Of a stretch of 64,000 nucleotides of DNA, positions 18,116-28,300 are shown in pieces; within the stretch, counting starts at the first letter, position 1; every line of letters begins with the position of its first letter. Position numbers and translations under genes: made by a program. The stretch comes from an uncultured Clostridia bacterium (GTDB lineage Bacteria; Bacillota; Clostridia; Christensenellales; UBA1242): contig CALWTF010000005.1 in NCBI GenBank assembly GCA_944384415.1, forward strand, positions 12,890 to 76,889, in the 5' to 3' direction. The notes beneath the pieces were generated by a model that saw only the letters and a program-made list of their open reading frames with translations, did no database searches and was not told where the DNA came from.

Positions 18116-18158
18116 AAAAATCAAGTAAATTTTTGTAAGAAATGCTTGATTTTTTTTA
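18116..18158 (+). terminator. Probable terminator after the spo0A-like gene
   Basis: aaaaatcaag-(18-nt loop)-cttgatttttttt. The stem is short and the loop large. Confidence 0.4.
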
Positions 18159-18223
18159 ATTAATTATATTTATATTTTTTTGTTATAATATATATAATTT
18201 TATTAAAAATTGTCAATAAACAT

Positions 18224-18253
18224 TTGACAGTTGGGAATGCTAAAAGGTAATAT
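18224..18253 (+). promoter_or_regulatory. Sigma-A-type promoter for tRNA-Arg (possibly reading on into the giant operon)
   Basis: TTGACA (18224-18229), 18-nt spacer, TAATAT (18248-18253). Confidence 0.5.
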
Positions 18254-18299
18254 TAATTTAGTTACAAATTTATGTTGTTTGCTTGATTTGATTAAACTT

Positions 18300-18376
18300 G
18301 CTTCCGTAGCTCAGATGGATAGAGCAGTGCCCTCCTAAGGCAAAGGTCAGCCGTTCGACTCGGCTCGGGAGCACCA
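18300..18376 (+). tRNA. tRNA-Arg (anticodon CCU), CCA encoded
   Basis: Acceptor GCTTCCG/CGGGAGC (one U-G pair). D-arm gctc-agatggat-agagc. Anticodon loop CT[CCT]AA. T-arm agccg-ttcgact-cggct. 3' ACCA. Confidence 0.9.
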
Positions 18377-18475
18377 TTTTGTCTGAATAATCAATTTTAA
18401 TCTTTAAATTAAAAAATGTGGGTTTTTGGTTATTTTTTTAAAATAGACAAATGATAAAAATAGGGAGTTTGATTT

Positions 18476-21400
18476 ATGAGTTTTGGTTTAAGTATAAAAA
18501 TAAAAAGAATCCTAATGATTATTTGTTTGTGTGTTTTTGCAGGTGCTTTTTTGGTTGCCTGTGGTGAAGATGATGATACAATCCATGTTGATGGTGTTAC
18601 ATTGAATTATGAAACATACAAAGTAGTCGTAGGTTCGAAGTTTCAGTTAGTAGCAAATGTTATTCCTGATGAAGCTACAAATAAAAAACTTTATTTTAGA
18701 AGTGGTAATACAGGTGTAGCTTTTGTTGATAGTAATGGATTGGTTACTGGTGTTAAAACGGGAACAACACAAATATTTGCTACATCAGATGATGGGAAAT
18801 TTGAAGCTAACTGTATTGTTGAAGTTGTTGATGCTAAAGTAAAATTGGGTACTCCTCAAAATTTAAGATATGATTCCAATTCAAATGCTTTAGTTTGGGA
18901 CGCTATAACAGATAATGTAAATGGTTATTCAGCTAAGTATAAAGTTAGGGTTATATCTGATGGTGTGACAAACGAATATGAAACATTAACAAACTCATTT
19001 ACTGAAATTGGTGTTAATAAAGCTATTGAGCCAGGCAAATTATGTTCTGTTAGTATTAAAACAATTGGAAATGAATCTTATTACAACGACTCAGATTATA
19101 CCAATTCATATCAATTTGAAATTCTACCAACTCCATCAGGTAATCCAACCGTTGTAAATGTTGGAGAAAAGAATTTTATTACTGTAAATGCAGTTAATGG
19201 ACAAGAAGTTTCTAGTTATCAGTTGGTTATAACAAGATATATAAATGGTGTTGAGCAAGCTTTATCTGAAAAAGATGAAAATTTATTTAAAACCGATGAA
19301 TATTTGACTAATAATCCACAATTAATAGAAAACTCTCAAGTTCGTTGGGAGATTCCAGAAGATTTATCTGAAGGTACTTACATATATAAAGTCTGCTTAA
19401 AAGGTGATAGTTCAAACAATATTTTTGATTCAAAATTTGTAAGTGGATTATCTAACCTTATTAAATTAGGTGCTCCTACAAGTCTTGCTTTATCTGGTAC
19501 AATTGTTTCGTGGACACCAGTGAATAATGCTTCGGGTTATAGAATTTATATTTATAGTAATAATGAATTAAAGTGGTACAGTCAAACTCCAATAAGTGCT
19601 TATGCTACTTCGTATGATGTAAAAAGTAACATTTCAAACTTGGAAAACTATTTAGTTTATATGAAATCAGTTGGAAATGGGTTTAATATTGTTGATAGTG
19701 CATTAAGTGCAGAATGTGCAACACAAACTTTGGACACCCCTTCAAATTTAATAATGACAAAAGGTGAGGGGGATAGATATACATTAACTTGGGACGCTGT
19801 ATCAAATGCTGATGGTTATAAAATTTATGTAAACAATTATGAATACACTATTGGTGGAGATGTTGCTGAATATGTTTTCTATTCAACAAACTTTAAAATT
19901 GGTGGGAACAGTGTTCAGGTTATGGCTACTTCATCAGCTTTAAATTTAAAAGATAGTAGTAAAAGTGCTACTTATACAGTAACCAAACTTGCTTCTCCAA
20001 CTCTTTATACTAGTGGAGGAAATGTTATTTGGACAGCGGTTGCTGGTGCAACTGAATATGAGATAGTTATCAACAGTGTGTCTACAAGTGCATCAAATTC
20101 TTTAACTTATGATAGTTCGATAAACAGTTTTGAATTAGGTGAGGAGTTTAGCCCTGGTGATTATAATATAAATATTTATGCAAAGGGGAATGGCTCAAAT
20201 ATAATAGATAGTATTGTTTCGGAAGATGTAACCTATACAAAATTGGGTAGTCCAACAAATTTAAGAATAACTTCTGAAAATGGTACAGATTATTTAAGAT
20301 GGGCTTATGTAGATGGCGCTACTAATTATCAAATTGAAATTCATAAATCATCAACTAATGAAACTAATTATGTAACAACTCAAGGTCTCTCATATGCTAT
20401 ATCAAATTATATGTCAACTTTTGCATATGGTGAATATACTTTTAGAATAAGAACTTATGGTTCTAGCAGTGCATCAATTTATTATTTAAATTCTGGTTTT
20501 ACTGATTCAATAAATGCTTTCAGACTTGGCACACCAGATGGCTTGGGTATTGAAAATGGTATAATTACTTGGAATGCATTGAATTATGCTTCTATGGGTA
20601 TTGATTCAAGTTTGTTTAATTATGAAGTAAAAATTGATAATACAAAGAGAACTGTTGAAACAAATTCGTATGATACAAATGTTGGTTCAGTAAGTGCAGG
20701 TACTAAAGCTGTAAGTATTCGTGCTGTTATTGTAAATGAGGGAAAAGTTAATGATAATCTTTATTTATTATCATCAGGTTATTCATCTGTTGTAACAATG
20801 AATAAATTATCATCTCCTACCAATATTAGAATGACTGATACTGGTGCTTTGGTGTGGGATAGCGTAATTTCACAAGATAGTACTGAAATTGGTAATTACA
20901 CTGTAATATTTACTTATTCAAACGCGACTGAATTTAGTTATCAAGCTACAAGTAATGAATGTCCAAACAGTATAGTATCTGATGTTAAATCGTTTGGAAA
21001 AGTTAATGTTCGTATAATTGCTAACGGGGGAAATGGTTATTTAAATTCGCAAAGATCAACTTTAGTAACTTATACTAAATTAGCTACTCCAACATTAACC
21101 GTTAATAATGGTGCTTTAAGTTGGGATTATGTAAACGATGGTGATGGTCGTTCGGTTTTGAATTATAAAGTTTTTGTTAAAGAAGAAGGAGCAACGGTTG
21201 AAACCCCTTATGATATTAGTGGTGCTAATATTTGGGATATGGCTTCAATTACTGGCGGAAAAAGATATGAAGTTTCCATAATGGCAGTTGGAAGTGGAAG
21301 TTATGTGTTGAACAGTGCAAAAAGTGGTTCAATTCAAGTTACAAAACTTATTGCTCCAGATGCAAGCACTATTCGTGCTACTAATGATTTAGAGGGTATT

Positions 21401-24400
21401 CAGTGGAGTGTTACACAGACTGACCAATCATTTACTTATGATGTTGTGATAAATTACATAACAGCTACAAATGAAGTGAAAAATATGGGTACTATAAACA
21501 CTGCTCAAAATGCATACTTTAATTTCCCTGATAACACTGAATGGGCTGGTGGTACTTATCAAGTAAAAGTTAGAACAAAAGCTCCTGCTGGTTCTCGAAC
21601 AATAAACAGTAATTATTCTGAAGTTGTTGAAGTTATAAGATTATCAACTCCTACTGGTTTAACTGTAAGCAATAGTATTCTGACATGGAATGAAGTTGCA
21701 AATGCAACAAACTATGATGCTAAATTAAAGTTGGGTACTAATGATTATGTTAATTATCGTGATTTGGTTAATCAATCTACAAGACAGTTACAATTGGCGA
21801 ACAACACAGATGAGGAATACAAAGAAATAGCTGAATTCGTTGGGTCAATCACTATGTGTATTAAGGCGTTAGCTTCAACATCAACAAGTTCAGGAAGTAT
21901 TATTATTAATTCTGCAACAAGTTTAACAAAATCTATTGAAAGATATGCGGACCCTACTATAACAGTTAATGATGATAATGAAATAGCTTGGTCATCAGAA
22001 TTGGATAGTGTTAATGGTCACATTTTATACTTTACACCTACAAGTGGTGGTGCTACTATTAATGTAAATTTGGCTAGTGGAATAAACACTTTTGATATGA
22101 ATACATCTGTTGAATATAACGGAAGTTATTTGCAAATAAATACACCTTACTATGTATCTATTCAAGCACTAGGAGATGGAATCTCTACTTTAAGTTCACC
22201 GATATCAGAAGCTTATACATATCCAGTTATAAAATTGATTGCACCTGACCAAAAAATTGGTGAAGATAATAATGTTGTAAATGGAAATTGGCGTGTTGAA
22301 AATGGTGTTCTTGTTTGGGATTTAATAACTGGTGCAACTAGTTATATTGTTGAAGGTTATGATGAATCTGGAAATTATTATAATTCTGGAAATATAGAAT
22401 CAATTAGTGGTTCAGATGTTGCAGAATGTTTACCAACTTATCCAGAAATTGGTGGTAGATTAACTTTTACAATAACTTCAGTTGGTGGTTTAACAGAAGA
22501 TTATCATTATATAAATTCTGAGCCTTCAGTTTCTTCAACAATAAACAAATTAGCAACTCCAAGTGATTTGCGTGTTGAAAATGGTGAAATTGAATGGGAA
22601 AGAAGAAAGACTGGTGATGGAACTAGAGATGTTGTTTCTGAAATAACAGATGAAAGTAGTAATAAATATACTATTTTATCTGACTATGCTGTTAGTTATA
22701 ATAATACAATTATTTTGATGTCTGACTATATAACAACTTATGTTGCAGATGGAACAAAGGCAATAGATGCAATATTTAAAGTTAGTGATTTCTTTGAAAA
22801 TGAAGCAACAGTTTCTGTTAGTGTAAGTGCTATTGGAACAGTTGATTCAACTAATGTTCCACTTGAAAATGTTTATTTAAGCAGTAATTCAACAGATACA
22901 ATAGATGTTTTAATTGGTGGACAACCAACAAATTTAAGAATTGAAAATGGTGTTTTGGTTTGGACTGATATAAGTTCAGTAAAAGATTTTGAATTAGTGC
23001 TTGAAGGACAAGATAGAACTGTTGTGTATACAACTAATTCTTATTCTGACTTACAAGGATATTCTAGCAAATTATATGATTCAGTTTATGTTAGACACGC
23101 TGGTACATTATCGGGATATTCAGGTTCATCTGTAAATTCTAGAACTTCAAATGTGTTAACTAACATACAAAAATTGCCTTCTATATCATCATATGGGATT
23201 GATGAAGATGGTGACTTTATTTGGGAATATTCAGCAGACTATGTTAGTGAAGATATGAAGAGAGGATTAGTTTTATCCGTTGATAATGATGATGAAAATT
23301 CTGTTAACATAAATCAATTTAAGTACACTTTAAATGTTAACTCAGATGACATTCAAGATGTGAGAACATATTTAATTAGCGGTTATGTTCCTGGTTCAAC
23401 TGAAGTTAATGATAGCGGTACAAGTTATTTAAAATCTGATACCTTCTCGTTCAATACATATAAGTTTGCAAGTCCTTTAAGCGTAGGGTTTTTAAACGGT
23501 TTGGTATTTACATGGAATGTAAATGATTTAATCATAAGTGTTGATGGTGAAGATAATGTTCGCAATAATAAATTTATTGTACAATATCAATTTAAAGAAT
23601 TTGGAACAGCTGATGGTGCTTGGGGTGAATGGCAAGAATTTGTTTTTGAAGATGTAAATAAAATGAGTATGTCAGATTTGGGTGAATATAATATTCGAGT
23701 ATGTGTTGCAAGTTCTGATGTTAATATTTTAAGAAGTGAACCAACAAGTTACGATGGTAAATTTTCATTCAACAAATTTGAAAGTGGAAATGGTTCACCT
23801 GAAAATCCATTTGTTATAAGCTCAACAACTGCAACTGCTTCAACAGAACTTTCAACTGCAGAAGAAAAGTTGGCATATATTTATGTTTTAAACGATAAAT
23901 ACTTTAGGTTAGCTGAAGATATTGATTTGCATTTAAGTGTATCTGCAAATGAAACTACAAATAACGGTGCTACCATATTTGAAGGTAACATAAATATTCC
24001 ACATTATGAAGATGGTTCTTTTGATAACACATTTACAGGTGGTTTAGATGGTGATGGACATTCTATTAATAATTTCCGTTGTACTAATGTGACAAGAACT
24101 GCTTTATTTAAGTCAATTTTGGGTAGATACAGAACTAACAGTGAAGGTGTTCAATATAACGCATCAACTTGTTTAAGTGACCCAACAGGTTTTTACGGAA
24201 GAAGTGGAATTATAATTGATTTGACATTAAATGCCTTAACTCCAACAGCTTCAGTTGATGATGAAGACCAAGATGTATTATTGTTCTATGGTACTACAGC
24301 TGAAGATGGAATTGCTTTTGTAAGCCACTACAGTTATGGTGGTTGGTTAGTAAATACTAATGTTACATATAAAGATACAAGCTTAAGATATACAGAACTT

Positions 24401-25336
24401 GATTTAACTAATGCAACAAACTATTATGGTGGTCTTGTATGCTATATGTATAGCTTTGTAGATGATAGTTCATACGAGTATTTAGATGCTAGAATTATTG
24501 GTTGTACAGTAGATGTAGATTTACAATTTTATACTCAAAATGCTGGTGTTAATTTATATGTTGGTGGGTTAGTTGGTGTTAACCAAGGTGGAAGTATTAT
24601 TGCATCAATAAATAAAGGTAACTTAATGGCTAGTGGTATTGGTGGAATAGTATATCAAAATGAAGTTGCTTCAAGGTCTGCAAGTAATCTTTATTATTAT
24701 GGAACTGTAAGTGGTTGTGAAAATTCAGCAAGTTTACGGGGATTACCTTCAACAGGCAACTACGGAAGAGTTGGTGGAATTTGTGCTTTGAATTCTTCAT
24801 TTGTATTGTCAAGTAAAAATTCTGGACAACTTTCAGTAACAAATTATCACGAATTAATGGCAAAAGATGAAACAGTTTCTATTCCACAAGTTTCTGCATA
24901 TGTTGGTGGAATAGTAGCTTGGAATGCTTCTGGTAACTATTATGTGGCAAACTGTTTGAATGTAGGAGCATTAAACATAAGAATTAGTGAAAATATTGCT
25001 GTTGGTTATGTTGGTGGAATAGTTGGTGAAAATGGAAACAATAATGCTACTAATATTGTAGGTTGTTTATTTGATAATTCATTAACATTCAACAACGAGT
25101 CTCAACCATGGGCGGTAATTGGTAATCAACCAACTCAAGCAACTAATGCATCTTGTGATACAGTAACATTAAAAAGTACAGAAAACTTTACAGAAAATCA
25201 AACAATTGTACAATATCTAAATACTATAACAATTACATTGCCAGAAAATTTATATAATACTTTAGGCATAAGTAGTGTATTTACACAAGAAGAAGGTTTT
25301 TATCCTGTACTTGAAAGAAAGTATGGTTTAAATTAA
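18476..25336 (+). CDS. Giant surface lipoprotein (2,286 aa): Big_2-like domain, about 17 FN3-like modules, C-terminal GLUG-type repeat region
   Basis: Uninterrupted 6.9-kb ORF with RBS AGGGAG. Lipoprotein signal ...GAFLVAC|GEDDD. Ig-like Big_2 pattern at aa 36-118. Modules of about 85-100 aa open with L-[GAS]-[ST]-P and carry W..V..A..Y (aa 124, 331, 419, 505, 590 and onward). From about aa 1766, GNGSPENPFVISS... is followed by repeated GG[IL]VG motifs. Confidence 0.9.
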   Translation: MSFGLSIKIKRILMIICLCVFAGAFLVACGEDDDTIHVDGVTLNYETYKVVVGSKFQLVANVIPDEATNKKLYFRSGNTGVAFVDSNGLVTGVKTGTTQIFATSDDGKFEANCIVEVVDAKVKLGTPQNLRYDSNSNALVWDAITDNVNGYSAKYKVRVISDGVTNEYETLTNSFTEIGVNKAIEPGKLCSVSIKTIGNESYYNDSDYTNSYQFEILPTPSGNPTVVNVGEKNFITVNAVNGQEVSSYQLVITRYINGVEQALSEKDENLFKTDEYLTNNPQLIENSQVRWEIPEDLSEGTYIYKVCLKGDSSNNIFDSKFVSGLSNLIKLGAPTSLALSGTIVSWTPVNNASGYRIYIYSNNELKWYSQTPISAYATSYDVKSNISNLENYLVYMKSVGNGFNIVDSALSAECATQTLDTPSNLIMTKGEGDRYTLTWDAVSNADGYKIYVNNYEYTIGGDVAEYVFYSTNFKIGGNSVQVMATSSALNLKDSSKSATYTVTKLASPTLYTSGGNVIWTAVAGATEYEIVINSVSTSASNSLTYDSSINSFELGEEFSPGDYNINIYAKGNGSNIIDSIVSEDVTYTKLGSPTNLRITSENGTDYLRWAYVDGATNYQIEIHKSSTNETNYVTTQGLSYAISNYMSTFAYGEYTFRIRTYGSSSASIYYLNSGFTDSINAFRLGTPDGLGIENGIITWNALNYASMGIDSSLFNYEVKIDNTKRTVETNSYDTNVGSVSAGTKAVSIRAVIVNEGKVNDNLYLLSSGYSSVVTMNKLSSPTNIRMTDTGALVWDSVISQDSTEIGNYTVIFTYSNATEFSYQATSNECPNSIVSDVKSFGKVNVRIIANGGNGYLNSQRSTLVTYTKLATPTLTVNNGALSWDYVNDGDGRSVLNYKVFVKEEGATVETPYDISGANIWDMASITGGKRYEVSIMAVGSGSYVLNSAKSGSIQVTKLIAPDASTIRATNDLEGIQWSVTQTDQSFTYDVVINYITATNEVKNMGTINTAQNAYFNFPDNTEWAGGTYQVKVRTKAPAGSRTINSNYSEVVEVIRLSTPTGLTVSNSILTWNEVANATNYDAKLKLGTNDYVNYRDLVNQSTRQLQLANNTDEEYKEIAEFVGSITMCIKALASTSTSSGSIIINSATSLTKSIERYADPTITVNDDNEIAWSSELDSVNGHILYFTPTSGGATINVNLASGINTFDMNTSVEYNGSYLQINTPYYVSIQALGDGISTLSSPISEAYTYPVIKLIAPDQKIGEDNNVVNGNWRVENGVLVWDLITGATSYIVEGYDESGNYYNSGNIESISGSDVAECLPTYPEIGGRLTFTITSVGGLTEDYHYINSEPSVSSTINKLATPSDLRVENGEIEWERRKTGDGTRDVVSEITDESSNKYTILSDYAVSYNNTIILMSDYITTYVADGTKAIDAIFKVSDFFENEATVSVSVSAIGTVDSTNVPLENVYLSSNSTDTIDVLIGGQPTNLRIENGVLVWTDISSVKDFELVLEGQDRTVVYTTNSYSDLQGYSSKLYDSVYVRHAGTLSGYSGSSVNSRTSNVLTNIQKLPSISSYGIDEDGDFIWEYSADYVSEDMKRGLVLSVDNDDENSVNINQFKYTLNVNSDDIQDVRTYLISGYVPGSTEVNDSGTSYLKSDTFSFNTYKFASPLSVGFLNGLVFTWNVNDLIISVDGEDNVRNNKFIVQYQFKEFGTADGAWGEWQEFVFEDVNKMSMSDLGEYNIRVCVASSDVNILRSEPTSYDGKFSFNKFESGNGSPENPFVISSTTATASTELSTAEEKLAYIYVLNDKYFRLAEDIDLHLSVSANETTNNGATIFEGNINIPHYEDGSFDNTFTGGLDGDGHSINNFRCTNVTRTALFKSILGRYRTNSEGVQYNASTCLSDPTGFYGRSGIIIDLTLNALTPTASVDDEDQDVLLFYGTTAEDGIAFVSHYSYGGWLVNTNVTYKDTSLRYTELDLTNATNYYGGLVCYMYSFVDDSSYEYLDARIIGCTVDVDLQFYTQNAGVNLYVGGLVGVNQGGSIIASINKGNLMASGIGGIVYQNEVASRSASNLYYYGTVSGCENSASLRGLPSTGNYGRVGGICALNSSFVLSSKNSGQLSVTNYHELMAKDETVSIPQVSAYVGGIVAWNASGNYYVANCLNVGALNIRISENIAVGYVGGIVGENGNNNATNIVGCLFDNSLTFNNESQPWAVIGNQPTQATNASCDTVTLKSTENFTENQTIVQYLNTITITLPENLYNTLGISSVFTQEEGFYPVLERKYGLN
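18581..18830 (+). other. Big_2-like bacterial Ig domain within the 2,286-aa protein
   Basis: IHVDGVTLNYETYKVVVGSKFQLVANVIPDEATNKKLYFRSGNTGVAFVDSNGLVTGVKTGTTQIFATSDDGKFEANCIVEVV matches the classical Big_2 pattern (V.G....L.A.V.P..A.N..v.W.S.n..vA.Vd..G.vtg...G.a.I.a...dg....). Confidence 0.75.
23770..25336 (+). other. C-terminal GLUG-motif region (about 520 aa) of the 2,286-aa protein
   Basis: Entry motif G-x-G-S-P-E-N-P-F-x-I followed by ...YFRLAEDIDL, then YVGGLVGVNQGGSII, GIGGIVYQNE, RVGGICALNS, YVGGIVAWNASGN and YVGGIVGENGNN. This pattern matches GLUG repeat regions of large Firmicutes surface proteins as I recall them. Confidence 0.6.
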
Positions 25337-25368
25337 AAAACTTCTGACAAATATTTTGGAGGATTAAA

Positions 25369-28300
25369 ATGAGCAAATATAAACCTAGGGGAAGAGGAAG
25401 AAAGAATTCTTTACCTACAATTGGTGCTATTATACTTGTTATTCTTTTAGTGGGAATAATATGTCTTTTTGGTTTAATTTTTAGACCATCTTCTGAATCA
25501 TCAAGTGGGCCTTTAAATACCCCTGAAAATATTCAGGTTTATAAAACAGGCTCAGATGAAGAAGGTTGGAAATATTTTGTTTCTTATGATGAAGTAAAAG
25601 GTTCAGATAAATATGTTATTCATATTGATGATATGTTTACAACATCAAGCTCGGCAACTGTTACTGATATAACAAAATTTATAACTGATGCAAAAGTTTA
25701 TTCTATCGGTGTACAGGCAGTGAATAACAAAATATCATCTTATAGTTCTTCAATAGTTTATACAGAATATTCAAACGCAATGCAATTAGCAACACCACAA
25801 GTTACAAGACAAAATGAAACTTTTTTGTGGGGTTCAATTAACAATGCAACAAGCTATACTCTTGAAGTAAGTTATGGTTCAACTGTTGATGAATATTCGG
25901 TAACTACTCCAAACTTTGATTTAAGCCCAATTTTAAATGCAACAAAAGATGACCCAACAGCAACTAAGTTTACAGTTAAAGTTAAGGCTTCATATTCAGG
26001 TGATTTATTATGGTTAGAAAGTAATTATAGTAATAGTGTTGAATATGTTATAACTAAAACATTAGCAAATCCTATTTTGACATATTTTACTGATAGTGTT
26101 GTTGAGGAAGAAGAGGTTAAAATTTTACATAAAATTTCGTGGAATGAAGTTAATGGTGCTGATAGTTATGAAATTTATTTACAAAAATTAGGCTCTTCAT
26201 ACGAATTAATACAAACTCTTATACACCCTATTGAATTAGAGTTTGATTTAACTAATTATGTTAGTGAAGTGGGTAATTATTCGGTTTACATAAAAGCAAT
26301 AAGTGACCAAGAATATACAATATCTAGTTCAAGTTCAACTCAACAATTTATTATTACCCATAAATTAGCTACACCTATGATAACCGAAGCAATTGCAGAA
26401 GGTGAGTATATGAAAGTAAGTTGGGTTCCAGGTGATGACCTAAACTTACAAACTCATTACTATTTGGAATTATACAATGCAAATACCAATGCTATCGTAT
26501 TAGGTGTTGATGTTTATGGAACAAATTATAGTTTTCTTTTAAGTACTATTCCTGAAGGTGCTTATCGTATGGTTGTTACAGCTAAACATAATACACAACC
26601 AAATTTATATATCGACAGTGAACCTAGTACATCTGTTGACCGTAATATAGAGCCAAAAATAACTAGTCCATCTCAAATAATTTATGTTCAAGAAAAACCA
26701 AGTTCAACCGCATCTTTAAGTTGGAATAAAATTAATAACGCATCAAGTTATCGTGTTTATTTATATCAAATTGTTGGTGAACAAGAAGTTCCTTTTGGAA
26801 ATGTGATAAACCAAACAGGAAATACATTAACATTACCATTTACAACAGCCGGTATTTATTATGTTAAAGTTATGGCTTTAGCAACAGAAAGTAGTTTTTA
26901 TCAGGATTCTGATTACAGTGAGGCAACCGAGTGTTTATTCCGTGAATATTTGGGAAAAACAACATCAATATCTATGAATGATGATAACACTATATTAAGC
27001 TGGGCACCAGTTGAAAATGCTTTAACATACAAAGTTTATATTAATGATGTTGAAATTGAAGCTACAATTCAAGATACAAGTGCAACAAATATGGGTGAAA
27101 TATTTAGTAATGTTGAACTTTATCCATCTAGTGAAACAGTGCCTTATAGAATTTCTGTTCGTGCAATTGGTGAAGATGGTGGAATTTATGCTGATGGGGA
27201 AGTTGAAACTATTTATTTCTACTTAATTAGAAAACTGGATATGCCAACTGGATTGTCTTATGAGCAAACACCTAATACAAATGAAGTTACATTAAGTTGG
27301 CTTCCAGTTGAAAATGCTTCAAATGGTTATATTGTTATGATTAATGGTGTGGCACCTGTTGAATTACAAAACATAACTGAAACAACTTGTTCAATTGGTT
27401 CTTACTTGTTACCAGGAACTAACAATATCTTAATTGGTGCAAATCAATGCACTAATTATGCAGCAAGTAATTATGCTTCATTTGAAACTAATCCAACATT
27501 TACTTATTATATGCAACCTTTATCAAACTTTAGTATAACTGCCGATGTTGTTGAAGGTTCTGTTACTTATTATGCTTCATTTACAACTCATAAATATGCC
27601 AATTTTTACTTGTTTAATTTCTATGCATCAACAGGTGATGTATATACAGGTCAATCAGCACAAAGAATATACTCTACATCAAATGAAATTGTAACATTTG
27701 TGGTAGATTATGAATGGATAAAAAGATATGATGATTGTATTACAACTGTTGAAATTTTAACAGCATATGATGAAAATTTGCAAGGTTCAACTGAAAGTAA
27801 TTTTAATCCAGCATATATAATAGGTGATGGAAAAAACACTTCGTATAGTCATTCAGTAACTACATATTATACATATACTAATGAATCTGTTTTAGTTATG
27901 ATTGATGGTAATAGTGTTGAAATTGAAGAGACCTCAATGACAAGTAGAAAAATTAGTTGGTTATATCCTACATCTTATATTGAAAATACAAGTATGTTTT
28001 ATATAACAATAACAAAAATTGATGCTGTAAATGGTAACTCTTCTTCAAACTATGTAGTTGTAGCAAGTTCTGGTGTAGAAAGTGATATAGAAGGATATCA
28101 AAAGTTTACTTGGTTATTTGAAAATCTTGATGTAGGTGAATATACTGTTAAATTGCAAGCTATAAGTAGTAATCCAAATATTGCAAATTCTGGTAGTACA
28201 TTTGCTAATTTTGTATTATCTATTCAACAACAAAAACCTGATGGTCTTAATATAAAATATGATGAAACAAGTGGTGATATAGTAGCGGTATGGAATATGA

